A stretch of 64,000 nt of DNA from Gemmatimonas sp. (GTDB taxonomy: Bacteria > Gemmatimonadota > Gemmatimonadetes > Gemmatimonadales > Gemmatimonadaceae). The stretch lies in the NCBI GenBank assembly GCA_965279375.1, contig OZ257156.1:3776001-3840000 (forward strand). Reading direction: 5' to 3'. The notes beneath the pieces were generated by a model that was not told the origin of the DNA, made no database searches, and saw only the letters and a program-made list of their open reading frames with translations. Below are positions 31,361 to 44,959 of this stretch, piece by piece. How positions within the stretch are numbered: the first letter of the stretch is position 1; each line of letters opens with the position of its first letter. A program made the translations under genes and the position numbers.

Positions 31361-32797
31361 CTACGGGCACCGCTTCGCAGCATCGTACGCGTGCCGGACG
31401 CCATTGGCAACGAGGGCGCCGTTGACTGTCACCGTGTTCAGCAAGCCGTCAGGATGCGCCAGCCATGCGCGATCCCACGGTAGCTCGCCGCCAAGCGTGA
31501 TCTGAATCGCCGAGCTTCGCGAATATGGTTGCGCGGCCAACCCGAGTCCTGCGGTATGCCTAGTCAAGGCGACATAGAGATCCGTCTGACACTGCGCGAC
31601 GAACTGATTGCCGGACGTCTCGATGATCGCATCACCCTTCAGACTCGAACCCGCGACAGGAAACCCGGCCTCGACGATCACGCCGAAGCGATTGTGGTGC
31701 ACGTAGTTGTCGCGGATGGTCAGTCGCGACGTACCAGCCACGTTCGGAGCGCCGATTCCTATGGTCGCCAATCGGATGCCCACGCCAACTGGCGTACGCT
31801 GATGGCCGCTGATCTCGTTCCGCGAGATGTCGACGCTGACGAAGCTCACGCTCGGCGGAAAGAACTGGTTAACCCCTGCGGGTGCCGGCAACACGGTGGC
31901 GGGTACCACGAGGATTCCGGGGATACCGCCGTCGCGAAGCGTGTTGGCGAAGACCTCGAACGTACCTGGTCCGGCCACGCAGATGTCGCAGGTGCCGCCA
32001 GGGCCCGATGAGAAGTTGCGTACGACTGCGCCAGACCCACCGCGCAGGTCGACGCGCTCGGTGAAGTTCCCTTCGAAACTGTTGCCCTGCACTCGCACGT
32101 TCGCGGCGCGGAACGTAAGTACACCTTTGCCGGCCGTGTTCGTATCCGACGCGGCGTGTCCGGATCGAAGCACGAATCCTTCGATCACGGCGCCGTCACC
32201 GCCAACGCCGTTCTCCGAATTCACCAGAATCATCGGTTCGGAAATACCCGTTTGCGTCGTGCCGCCGACCACGGCCAGCTGCGGATTCGCGGTGAGAATC
32301 GTGCCTGCCGTGCCTGCGGGGCCGCGCGGTCTCGCCGCGGAGTCCGTCGGAATCTGGTACCTGCCGCGGATGGTCACGTTGGGCATGTCGATGAGCAGCG
32401 GCAGGCGTTCCTTGATGGTATCCAGTCCAGCGGTCGTGCCTTCGTACGCTCCTGCCGCGACGAGAATCGTGATGGGACATCCTGACCCAGCGTTCCCTTC
32501 CACGACTTTGCGAATGCGTCGGGCTTCCGCGAGCGCATCGGTGATGCGGCGATAGTTCGGCGGACTGTTTCGCGTCAGCGCACGGTCCACGCGCAGCTCC
32601 GCGACAAACCCGCCACGCGCTGTCAGAGCCGGCACCTCTGACTCAGCGATTTGCACCGTCGATGAGCGACCAGGTTCGCAGACGGTGACACGTGCCACCG
32701 GCGCGCTCGGAGCAGCGTCATCGTTGGTCGATGCACAGCCGGCGCTGAACACGAGCCCTGCGAACGCGAGATCCCAGAAATGATTTCGCCGTGCCAT
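31361..32797 (-). CDS. Putative lipoprotein with right-handed parallel beta-helix (pectin-lyase-like) domain
   Basis: ATG 32797 with GAGGAAG Shine-Dalgarno; lipobox FSAG-C; YRRITDAL...ILVAAGAY, IEGFVL, repeated xNxI/xNxF strands. Confidence 0.65.
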   Translation of the reverse strand: MARRNHFWDLAFAGLVFSAGCASTNDDAAPSAPVARVTVCEPGRSSTVQIAESEVPALTARGGFVAELRVDRALTRNSPPNYRRITDALAEARRIRKVVEGNAGSGCPITILVAAGAYEGTTAGLDTIKERLPLLIDMPNVTIRGRYQIPTDSAARPRGPAGTAGTILTANPQLAVVGGTTQTGISEPMILVNSENGVGGDGAVIEGFVLRSGHAASDTNTAGKGVLTFRAANVRVQGNSFEGNFTERVDLRGGSGAVVRNFSSGPGGTCDICVAGPGTFEVFANTLRDGGIPGILVVPATVLPAPAGVNQFFPPSVSFVSVDISRNEISGHQRTPVGVGIRLATIGIGAPNVAGTSRLTIRDNYVHHNRFGVIVEAGFPVAGSSLKGDAIIETSGNQFVAQCQTDLYVALTRHTAGLGLAAQPYSRSSAIQITLGGELPWDRAWLAHPDGLLNTVTVNGALVANGVRHAYDAAKRCP

Positions 32798-32917
32798 AGC
32801 TTCCTCCCTCGAGAAGAATGCGTGGCGCCAGCTGCGTTGCGGTAATCCCCTCAAACAGCGCGGCGCCCCGTGACCATGTGGTCGCAGCGGCGCCGGTGCA
32901 AAAGACATCTTCAAGAC

Positions 32918-32937
32918 GGCCGACGCGGGCGTCGGCC
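32918..32937 (-). terminator. Hairpin after the DsrE-like gene
   Basis: GGCCGACG-CCCG-CGTCGGCC followed by GTCTTGAAGATGTCTTTT; U-tract is not adjacent. Confidence 0.45.
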
Positions 32938-32952
32938 GGCACGGCGAGCTAG

Positions 32953-33621
32953 TTACCCGCCGGCATAGACATAGCGGCAGCCGCGATCCTGCGCCTGCTG
33001 CAATGTCACGATCATCGCCGGCACGACCTCGACACCCGGCAGGAGATTCGCCTTCGCTTCCTCGGCGAATGCTGTCCGCAGTTTCTCATCCGAACGCGCG
33101 GGCTCGGGAAGGAATCTCGAGCCCGACGCCCGCAGCGAGTTCTGGCACACCAACAGAATCACGCCACGCTCCAGCAACTGCGCCACAAGATTGCTCCCGC
33201 CCGGACCATTCGGGTTCGCCGAACCGGTCATGCCCATCGTTTGCGCGATGGGATACTTGGACCACATCGCGTCATTGAACAGCAAACCAATGGATCGCCC
33301 GTTGAGACCGACGATGACACCGCTCTCGGCATCGGTGCGTCCGTACGTGTTCTTTTGCGTCTCGATGAACGTGCGCGCCCACGTCAGCGCGAGCCCGTCC
33401 GTCGGCAGATGCGAATGGAACACCACACGCTGCGTGCCCTTGAGGCGCGTCATCCACGGTTCGTCTGCTGCAGCCGTCCCGCCTTCCTCGGCGAGCGCCT
33501 GCCGTGCGCCGACGGAGCCTCCGACACCCAACGTCGCGCCGATAGCGAGCAAACGCGTCAGGAACGAACGGCGTGCAGGCCCCTGCGCCTCCAGTTGACG
33601 ATCATTCGATGAAGTCGACAT
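32953..33621 (-). CDS. Tat-exported DsrE/F-like protein
   Basis: Twin-arginine signal ARRSFL...ALA; LLERGVILLVCQNSL and LPGVEVVPAMIVTLQQAQDRGCRYVY resemble the DsrE-family C-terminus. Confidence 0.65.
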   Translation of the reverse strand: MSTSSNDRQLEAQGPARRSFLTRLLAIGATLGVGGSVGARQALAEEGGTAAADEPWMTRLKGTQRVVFHSHLPTDGLALTWARTFIETQKNTYGRTDAESGVIVGLNGRSIGLLFNDAMWSKYPIAQTMGMTGSANPNGPGGSNLVAQLLERGVILLVCQNSLRASGSRFLPEPARSDEKLRTAFAEEAKANLLPGVEVVPAMIVTLQQAQDRGCRYVYAGG

Positions 33622-33632
33622 GCTCGATACGC

Positions 33633-34472
33633 TCAGCGTAGGGGAGATGACGGTGCCGCGGACGGTGTGGCGGGCGAGACTCGGCGCGGCAACAGTGGAC
33701 GAGGTGGCGGCAATGCCTTCCCTGCCGCACGTGCACCATCCGTTGCATACGCCACGTCTGCGGGAGGATCACCCTTGGGCCAGTCGCGCTGCTTTCCAGG
33801 ATGATCCTGTCGCGCGTGCCTGAGCACATACGCCGCCACGTCGGCGGCCTGCTGATTGGAGAGCGTGTCCTTGTGGTCGAACGGCATGTTCCAGCGCACG
33901 AAAGTCGCGAACACTGTTTGCCGAGCGAGCCCCGCGCCGATCGAAAATGACTTCGAGCCCCACACGGCGGGCAGCGGACCATTCGAGCCGTTGCTGCCGT
34001 GGCAGCGCGCGCAGCTGGCGAAGTACACCTTGCGACCTTGCGCGACTACTCCGACCAGTCGCACGGTGTCGACTCCCACCGGTCGCACACTGTCTCGCAA
34101 CGACTCGATGTAACTGACCATGTCGCGCATGTCCCGACTGTCCTCGGGCAACATGCGACCAGCGAGACTGCGCGCGACGCACTCGTTCACTCGTTGCGCG
34201 AGCGTTTCCTCCGAACCTTTCCGCGCGCGGTAGCGTGGATAGCGAGTCGCCGTTCCGTGCCAGGACATGGCCGTGGCACGGGTTCCGTCATCCAGATGAC
34301 AACTCGTACAGCGCAGACCGTTGCCGCTCAACTTGGGCAACGAATCACGGAACGCGGAGACGAGTGCCCGTCCACGCGCGGCGTCCCCAGTCTGCGCCTC
34401 CGCGGTACGCACCGCGAAGGACAGAGATATCGCGCCAACACAGAGCGCGCTGAGCAACGCCGCGCGCGCCAT
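33633..34472 (-). CDS. tsdA: Diheme cytochrome c, TsdA-type thiosulfate dehydrogenase/tetrathionate reductase
   Basis: Sec signal (AEA/Q); CTSCH and CARCH; YPRYR, RVNECVARS (active-site Cys), AVWG..SF.IGAGLAR, WNMP, DWPKG.PP.DVAY. Confidence 0.75.
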   Translation of the reverse strand: MARAALLSALCVGAISLSFAVRTAEAQTGDAARGRALVSAFRDSLPKLSGNGLRCTSCHLDDGTRATAMSWHGTATRYPRYRARKGSEETLAQRVNECVARSLAGRMLPEDSRDMRDMVSYIESLRDSVRPVGVDTVRLVGVVAQGRKVYFASCARCHGSNGSNGPLPAVWGSKSFSIGAGLARQTVFATFVRWNMPFDHKDTLSNQQAADVAAYVLRHARQDHPGKQRDWPKGDPPADVAYATDGARAAGKALPPPRPLLPRRVSPATPSAAPSSPLR

Positions 34473-34474
34473 CC

Positions 34475-35247
34475 TCAGCCTGTACCGACCGTGGCCTTGG
34501 GTTCCTGCCGACGTGCAGTCGCGACGATGAAATCACGATTCATCTGCTTGATCACGTCGATGTTGATCTCCTTCGGGCAGGCATCCATGCACTCTCCTGC
34601 GAGCGTGCAATGCCCGAAGCCCTCGAGGTCCATCGTCTCGACCATCGCCAGCGCGCGCTTGTCACGCTCCGGCTGCCCCTGCGGCAGCCGGCCCAGATGC
34701 GCGATCTTGGCGCCGGTGAACAACGACGCCGACGCGTTCGGGCACGCCGCCACGCACGCACCGCAACCGATGCACGCCGCTGCGTCCATCGCCTCGTCGA
34801 GCACGTCCTTGCCGATGAGAATCTCATTCGCGTCGCGCGCACCGCCGGTGTTCACCGACACGTACCCGCCCGCCTGAATGATGCGGTCGAATGCGGACCG
34901 ATCGACGACGAGATCCTTCACGACAGGAAACGCCGACGCACGCCATGGCTCGACGGTAATTGTGTCGCCGTCCTTGAACGCGCGCATGTGCAGCTGACAC
35001 GTCGCCGTGGCCTTCCACGGACCGTGCGCCTGTCCGTTGATCATCATCGCACACGAGCCGCAGATACCCTCGCGGCAGTCGTGCGCAAACGCGACCGGTT
35101 CCTTGCCAGTGACGGTCAACTGCTCGTTGAGCATGTCGATCATCTCGAGGAACGACGAGTCGCTGCTCACGCCCTCGAGCGAATGCGTCTCGAGCGCGCC
35201 CGGTGCCTTGGGCCCTGCCTGACGCCACACCTTCACAGTCAGCTTCA

Positions 35248-35248
<1 letters not shown>
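34475..35248 (-). CDS. sdhB: Succinate dehydrogenase/fumarate reductase iron-sulfur subunit
   Basis: [35 protein letters not shown]. Confidence 0.96.
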
Positions 35249-37161
<1,913 letters not shown>

Positions 37162-37162
37162 C

Positions 37163-37912
37163 TCAGCGACCCTCCCCTGCGGACAGCGCCGCGACGGGTG
37201 CTGGCGTGACAGCGTTCACAGTGGCAGCAGTGGAAGATTCAACCAGCGGCGGCGCTTCCTGAAACACGCCCGCCACTGCGGCGAGCGGGATGATCATGAA
37301 GCCGGCCGCAACGATCACCGCAACGACAACAGCCAACGAGCGTTTGAGCGGCGCCTGCGCCGGGCGCGCTGCGCCCAACGTGCGAACCGCCGCCCAGATA
37401 CCGTGATACAGATGCAGCGCGAGCGCGGCCATGGCGAGCACGTAGAACCCAGCCATCAACGGATTGCGCAGCGCCACGACCACGTTGTTGTACGGATCGA
37501 GGTGCGTGAACTTCGGATGCACGACGCCGAGTGTCAGCTGCAGCAGATGGAAGACGATGAAGACGAGCAGCAACACGCCGCCCCAGCGAATCGTCTTCGC
37601 GGCGAACGTGGTCACCTGCGGACGACGCTCGGCGTAGCCCTCAGGTCGTGCGGCGCGGGAAATCATTGTCAGCTGGTAGGCCGACACGGCATGGAGCACC
37701 ACAGCAGCGACCAGTACCGCGCGGACCGTGTACAGCAACGGCATGCTGGTGCGGAGCAGGAGCGCGTAGTGATGCATCGCATCCTGCCCCTTGAACATGA
37801 GCAGGTTGCCGGACATGTGGCCGATCACGAAGCCGACGCCGATGATGCCCGTGACGGCCATGACGATCTTCTTGCCGATCGTGCTCTGCCAGAAACGCGT
37901 GAGAGCGTACAT
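37163..37912 (-). CDS. sdhC: Succinate dehydrogenase cytochrome b558 membrane anchor (single-subunit, diheme type)
   Basis: [13 protein letters not shown], four heme-ligand-type His (GHM, LHA, FHL, LHLYHG); start ATG 37912 or GTG 37945. Confidence 0.92.
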   Translation of the reverse strand: MYALTRFWQSTIGKKIVMAVTGIIGVGFVIGHMSGNLLMFKGQDAMHHYALLLRTSMPLLYTVRAVLVAAVVLHAVSAYQLTMISRAARPEGYAERRPQVTTFAAKTIRWGGVLLLVFIVFHLLQLTLGVVHPKFTHLDPYNNVVVALRNPLMAGFYVLAMAALALHLYHGIWAAVRTLGAARPAQAPLKRSLAVVVAVIVAAGFMIIPLAAVAGVFQEAPPLVESSTAATVNAVTPAPVAALSAGEGR

Positions 37913-37972
37913 AGGGGGGGTATAAGAAAGAACCGGCGCGGTCACGAGAGTGAGCGCGCCGGTCCGGTCAAA

Positions 37973-40045
<2,073 letters not shown>

Positions 40046-40049
<4 letters not shown>

Positions 40050-40528
40050 GCGTGTGTCGAGTTTGTGCCGGTCGCCATCTCACTCGCGCGCGTCGGGTCC
40101 ACCCATGCGCGATCCCCGTCCACGTAGTGCTCACGCTTCCAGATCGGGACGCGCTGCTTCAGCGATTCGATGATCGCGCGTGCAGCGTCGAGCGCCGGGG
40201 CCCGTCGCGCATGAGCCGCCGCAATCGCCACGCTCGCGTCGCCGATGCCGAGCGTGCCCACGCGATGCTCGATCGCCACGCGCAGCCCTGGGGTCGCAAC
40301 ACAAACCTCGCGCGCAATCGCCGTGAGCTCGGACTCAGCCATCGGTTGATACGCTTCGTAGTCGATCCCCGTCACCGCTCGCCCGTCATTCACGTCGCGA
40401 ACCGTGCCTACGAACAGCGAGACCGCTCCGACACCCGCGTCCGACGCTCTCGCGAGCAACGCGCCGACGTCGATGGGGTCCGTCACGATGGCGACGTGAA
40501 CGACGCCGAGTTCGTGGAGCGCGGTCAT
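40046..40528 (-). CDS. moaE: Molybdopterin synthase catalytic subunit
   Basis: FVGTVR, YEAY, HRVG, LKQRVPIWKRE. Confidence 0.95.
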
Positions 40529-40531
40529 GCG

Positions 40532-40774
40532 TCAGCCACCCGCGACTGGAGGGATCAGGGCGACCTCGTCACCGACGGAGATCGGCGAGGTAGGCGACGC
40601 CCATGTCCGATTGACTGCGACCAGTGGAGCAGCGGGAAGCCGCTGTCCGCCCGGCAGGAGTCGCATCGCATCGACCACGTCCTGCACGCTGCACGGCAAC
40701 CCGACGGACACGTCCAGTTGGCGCGCGCCGAACTGGTCGGCGTAGGAGGCGAAGAGCAGCACTGGGATCGTCAT
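40532..40774 (-). CDS. moaD: Molybdopterin synthase sulfur carrier
   Basis: VLLFASY, AVN, DEVALIPPVAGG C-terminus; ATG 40774. Confidence 0.93.
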   Translation of the reverse strand: MTIPVLLFASYADQFGARQLDVSVGLPCSVQDVVDAMRLLPGGQRLPAAPLVAVNRTWASPTSPISVGDEVALIPPVAGG

Positions 40775-40816
40775 GTCGGTGGGAAAGATAGCGCGGGGTG
40801 TCCGAATTCGTTCCCG

Positions 40817-40852
40817 GAAACACAGAACCCCGCGACGATGAGCGTCGCGGGG
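40817..40852 (-). terminator. Rho-independent terminator after the HU/IHF gene
   Basis: CCCCGCGACG-CTCAT-CGTCGCGGGG followed by TTCTGTGTTT on the minus strand. Confidence 0.7.
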
Positions 40853-40873
40853 CAAGTGAGCGTGAGGGCGAAC

Positions 40874-41215
40874 TCAACCCTCGAACGAATCTTCATCCTC
40901 GTCGTCGAATGCAGAGATGTCGAGGCCGGCAACCATGGCGCGCAGCTCCTTGGACGGCTTGAAGACCGGCACCGGGCGCGCTGACACCTCCACAGGCGAG
41001 CCCGTGCGGGGATTGCGAGCCATGCGCGTCTTGCGCTGCCGAATCTTGAACGTGCCGAAGCCACGCACCTCGATGTTCTTCTGCTCCTGCAGCGCGTCCT
41101 TGATCGCGTCCAGGAATGCGTCAACAACACGCGCGCAGTCCTTCTTCGAGATGGTCGGGCCGGCCGTCCGCGCAATCCGCGCGGTGACGTTCTCAACCAG
41201 ATCGGCTTTCGTCAT
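40874..41215 (-). CDS. HU/IHF-family DNA-binding protein with acidic tail
   Basis: MTKADLV, IEVRGFGTF, RNPRTG, FKPSKELR. Confidence 0.95.
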   Translation of the reverse strand: MTKADLVENVTARIARTAGPTISKKDCARVVDAFLDAIKDALQEQKNIEVRGFGTFKIRQRKTRMARNPRTGSPVEVSARPVPVFKPSKELRAMVAGLDISAFDDEDEDSFEG

Positions 41216-41279
41216 GGGCTCCACCAGGAGGTGCACCGCGCGTCCACGAGGGGTCGAGACGCAGCGTATCCAAGGACCG

Positions 41280-41308
41280 AACGTATGACCTTAGTGCTTA
41301 TGAGTCAA
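41280..41308 (-). promoter_or_regulatory. Sigma70-type promoter for the HU/IHF gene
   Basis: TTGACT-17 bp-TACGTT, overlapping the 3' end of carA. Confidence 0.65.
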
Positions 41309-42428
41309 GCGGTTGGGTCGCTTTCGCCCGGCCCTTCTCCAGCGCCGAAAGAAACTGGTCGAACAGCGGCACGGCGTCATGCGGACCAGGCGCGGCCTCC
41401 GGGTGATACTGCACCGCGAAGATCGGCAGAGTCCGATGACGGAGCCCTTCCACCGTTCCGTCATTCAAGTTCAGGTGCGTGACCTCGAGATCTGGCGCCC
41501 CCTCCACCCCCTCGGCGGAGCCTGCCACGGCGAAGCCGTGATTCTGGGAGGTGATGAGCACCTTGCCCGTGGCGAGGTCCTTCACGGGCTGATTTCCGCC
41601 ACGATGACCGTACGGCATCTTCGTGGTGTGTCCGCCAAAGGACAGCCCCAGCAGCTGGTGGCCGAGGCAGATGCCGAACATCGGCACCTGCTGCTCAGCG
41701 ATCTGGCGAATCGCGGCCGGCGCGTACGACACGGCCTCCGGGTCGCCCGGGCCGTTGGACAGGAAGACGCCGTCCGGATTCATCGCCAGCACGGCGTCGG
41801 CCGTCGTGTCCGACGGGACCACGGTCACGCGACACCCGTGCGCATCGAGGAGGCGCAGGATGTTGGCCTTGATGCCAAAGTCATACGCGACGACATGATA
41901 CGGCGCCTGCGCGTTGCCCCACTCGTAGGACGACCGCGTGGACACGACGGACGCGAGGTCGAGTCCCGCCATGCTCGGGCACGCATCGAGCGCCGCCAGC
42001 GCTTCACGGCTCGGCGTGTCGCCCTCGGCGATTACCCCACGCATCACGCCGACTGAGCGCAGATGCTTGGTCAGGCGACGGGTGTCGACTTCGGTCAGCA
42101 CCGGCACGTTGTGCTCGGCCAACCATTCCGGGAGGCCGCCGGTGGCACGCCAGTTGGAGTACGTCGGCGACAGCTCTCGCACAACGACACCGGAAATCTG
42201 CGGGCGGGCGGATTCCGGGTCTTCGGTATTGACGCCGTAGTTGCCGATCTGGGTGGCGGTCAGCAAGACGATCTGCTCGCGGTACGAAGGGTCAGTGAAG
42301 ACCTCCTGGTACCCGGTCATGTTGGTCGTGAACACCACCTCGGCCACGTTCGGGCCGAGCGCGCCGACGAGGCGGCCACGAAAAAGGGTTCCGTCCTCGA
42401 GGAGGAGGAACCCCTGTGTCGACTGCAT
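41298..42428 (-). CDS. carA: Carbamoyl-phosphate synthase small subunit
   Basis: GYQEVFTDPSY, SNGPGDP, FGICLGHQ, QYHPEA; ATG 42428. Confidence 0.97.
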   Translation of the reverse strand: MQSTQGFLLLEDGTLFRGRLVGALGPNVAEVVFTTNMTGYQEVFTDPSYREQIVLLTATQIGNYGVNTEDPESARPQISGVVVRELSPTYSNWRATGGLPEWLAEHNVPVLTEVDTRRLTKHLRSVGVMRGVIAEGDTPSREALAALDACPSMAGLDLASVVSTRSSYEWGNAQAPYHVVAYDFGIKANILRLLDAHGCRVTVVPSDTTADAVLAMNPDGVFLSNGPGDPEAVSYAPAAIRQIAEQQVPMFGICLGHQLLGLSFGGHTTKMPYGHRGGNQPVKDLATGKVLITSQNHGFAVAGSAEGVEGAPDLEVTHLNLNDGTVEGLRHRTLPIFAVQYHPEAAPGPHDAVPLFDQFLSALEKGRAKATQPLDS

Positions 42429-42441
42429 TATCGGCGGCCCC

Positions 42442-42822
42442 TTACGGCTTGGCGGGCGGTGTTGCCGGAGTAGCCGGCTGCTGCGTGAGCGGAGCGGCCG
42501 GAGCCGGTGCGGCCTTGCCAGCCGGTGCCGGAGCGGTCGCCGGCGCCGTGGCGCCAAGCTTGTCGAGGACCGACGTGGGCGCCGCAGTGCGCGTGGACAT
42601 CAGCTGCAGCACGAACGCCAGCCCCAGAAAGATCCCGCCGCACCACCAGCTGGCCGACGTCAGGAGGTTGCCCGCCTGCCGCGTACCGATGACCGAATCC
42701 GCCGACGAACTCGCACCGCCGAAGTTGGCAGCGAGGCCGCCACCCTTACCGGACTGGAGGAGAATGGCCGCGCCGAGCACCAGCGCGTCGATGATCAGGA
42801 GGACCAGAAGGAACGTGTACAT
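42442..42822 (-). CDS. secG: Preprotein translocase subunit SecG
   Basis: LLQSGKGGGLAANFGG, two TM helices, Ala/Pro tail; follows tpiA. Confidence 0.93.
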   Translation of the reverse strand: MYTFLLVLLIIDALVLGAAILLQSGKGGGLAANFGGASSSADSVIGTRQAGNLLTSASWWCGGIFLGLAFVLQLMSTRTAAPTSVLDKLGATAPATAPAPAGKAAPAPAAPLTQQPATPATPPAKP

Positions 42823-42931
42823 GGCACGGGGTCGAAGACGCCGCCGGAGCGGCGAGAAACCATCGGAGTGAGCCACGAAACATCACAACCTGCCGCTGCG
42901 GATTCAAGTGCTTGGCCGCGCGGTGTTTGCG

Positions 42932-43687
42932 TCAGCTGCGGACGATACTGCTCCAGGCGTCCGGATCGAGCGACGCTCCACCCACCAGCAGGCCGTCCAC
43001 ATCGGGCGCGGCGAGCAGCGTGGCCGCGTTGCCACGGTTGACCGATCCGCCGTAGAGGATCGGGACGCCGGCCGCGGCGCGCTCGTCCAGGCGCGAGGCC
43101 AGCGCCCGACGGAGCACACCGTGAATATCGCTGGCGTCCTCCGGCGTGGCCGTCCGGCCCGTGCCGATAGCCCACACGGGCTCGTAGGCCAGCATCATCC
43201 CGGCGACCTGCGCGTCGTCCAACTGTGCGATGCCAGCGGCAAACTGTCGTTCCACCACGGACGCCGTCGTACCGGCCTCGCGCTCGTCGAGGGTCTCGCC
43301 CACGCACAGCATCGGGATCAGTCGCGCCTGCGCGATCAGCGCACACTTCTTCATCGTCGCCTCGTCGGTCTCGCCAAACACATGCCGACGCTCCGAGTGC
43401 CCCACCAGCACGACCCGCGCGCCGGCATCCCGCACCATGAGCACCGAATTCTCACCCGTGTAGGCGCCCTGCGGCTCGCTGTAGACGTTCTGCGCGCCCA
43501 CCCAGATGTCCGGACGGTCCTTGAGCTGATCGACCACCGTTGTGAGCGTGATGGCCGACGGAAAGAAGATCACCGTACGGTCCTGCTGGCGCGGCGTCTG
43601 CGCGAGAAACCGCTGCAGAAACTGCTTCGCGTCGGTGGGGCCGTGGTTCAGCTTCCAGTTGGCGGCGATGACGGGTTTGCGATGCAT
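42932..43687 (-). CDS. tpiA: Triosephosphate isomerase
   Basis: ANWKLN, GHSERR, AYEPVWAIGTG, YGGSV; ATG 43687. Confidence 0.97.
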   Translation of the reverse strand: MHRKPVIAANWKLNHGPTDAKQFLQRFLAQTPRQQDRTVIFFPSAITLTTVVDQLKDRPDIWVGAQNVYSEPQGAYTGENSVLMVRDAGARVVLVGHSERRHVFGETDEATMKKCALIAQARLIPMLCVGETLDEREAGTTASVVERQFAAGIAQLDDAQVAGMMLAYEPVWAIGTGRTATPEDASDIHGVLRRALASRLDERAAAGVPILYGGSVNRGNAATLLAAPDVDGLLVGGASLDPDAWSSIVRS

Positions 43688-43689
43688 GA

Positions 43690-44886
43690 TCACTGAGTGT
43701 CGAGTGCGGTGACACCGGGGAGCGCCTTGCCCTCGAGGAATTCGAGAGATGCACCACCACCAGTGGAGACGTGCGACATGCGGTCTTCGAGGCCGGCTTC
43801 CGCGACGGCCGCGGCAGAGTCGCCACCGCCGATGATCGTCGTAGCACCGGTGCCGGTCGCGGCAGCCATCGCTTCGGCAATGGCGCGCGTGCCTAAATCG
43901 AAGGGCGGCTTTTCGAACACGCCCATCGGTCCGTTCCACAACACCGTCTTGGCCGAACCGACGATGCTGGCATACTGCGCGATGCTATCGGGCCCGATGT
44001 CGAACATCGCCTCGCCGGCCGGAATCGCATCACGCGCCACGGCGTGCGCCTCAGCGGTGGCATCCATCGAGGGCGCGATCATCGCGTCGGTGGGAAGCAC
44101 GAGCTTGGCGCCGGCCCGCGACAGCAGGTCCTTGGCCATGTCGAGACGATCGGGTTCGACGAGCGACTTCCCGGTTTCGAATCCCATCGCGCGGAAGAAC
44201 GTGCACGCCATCGCGCCGCCGATCAGCAGGTGATCGACCTTGGGCAGCAGCGCCTCGACGACATCGATCTTCCCGGAAATCTTGGAACCGCCGAGAATCG
44301 CGACGAAGGGACGCTCGGGAGCAGCGAGCGCGCCGCCCAGATACGCCAGCTCCTTCTCCATGAGCAGACCGGCCACGGCGGGCTTGCAGTACTGCGCCAC
44401 GCCCGCCGTGCTCGAATGCGCACGATGCGCCGCACCGAACGCGTCGTTCACGTAGAAGTCGCCCAACTCGGCGAGCTGCTGCGACAACGCGTCGTCGTTC
44501 TTTTCTTCGCCGGGAAGAAAGCGCGTGTTCTCGAGAAGCAGCGTCTCGCCATTGCCGAGCGCGCGCGTGGCCGCGACCGCCGCCGCACCAACCGTTTCAC
44601 CGAAGAACGTGACGGGGCGCTTGAGCAACTCACGCAGTCGCACGGCAACCGGCGCCAGTGAGTACTTGGCTTCCGGTGCGCCCTTGGGGCGTCCGAAGTG
44701 CGCGAGCAAGACCACACGCGCACCGCCGTCGAGGAGCAGGTTGATCGTCGGCAGCGCGGCCTCGATGCGCGTGTCGTCGCTGACGTGCCCGCTGTCATCG
44801 AGCGGGACGTTGAAGTCCACGCGCACCAGCGCCCGTTTGCCAGCGATGTCTGCCGGCGCGAGGTCGCGAATTGTACGAGTCGTCAT
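43690..44886 (-). CDS. pgk: Phosphoglycerate kinase
   Basis: [35 protein letters not shown] 44886. Confidence 0.98.
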   Translation of the reverse strand: MTTRTIRDLAPADIAGKRALVRVDFNVPLDDSGHVSDDTRIEAALPTINLLLDGGARVVLLAHFGRPKGAPEAKYSLAPVAVRLRELLKRPVTFFGETVGAAAVAATRALGNGETLLLENTRFLPGEEKNDDALSQQLAELGDFYVNDAFGAAHRAHSSTAGVAQYCKPAVAGLLMEKELAYLGGALAAPERPFVAILGGSKISGKIDVVEALLPKVDHLLIGGAMACTFFRAMGFETGKSLVEPDRLDMAKDLLSRAGAKLVLPTDAMIAPSMDATAEAHAVARDAIPAGEAMFDIGPDSIAQYASIVGSAKTVLWNGPMGVFEKPPFDLGTRAIAEAMAAATGTGATTIIGGGDSAAAVAEAGLEDRMSHVSTGGGASLEFLEGKALPGVTALDTQ

Positions 44887-44900
44887 GAGGCCTGTATGCA

Positions 44901-44930
44901 GGAGCCCCGGCACAGCAGCACCGGGGCTCC
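44901..44930. other. Intergenic hairpin between gap and pgk
   Basis: GGAGCCCCGG-N10-CCGGGGCTCC, no U-tract. Confidence 0.6.
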
Positions 44931-44959
44931 GCGTGTTGGAAGAGTCTTGCTGCGAGCGA

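Noticed and set aside
37913..37930. G7 tract just upstream of the sdhC ATG as a phase-variation site
   Set aside because: Only 7 nt in a GC-rich genome, next to a core gene; no evidence of variability
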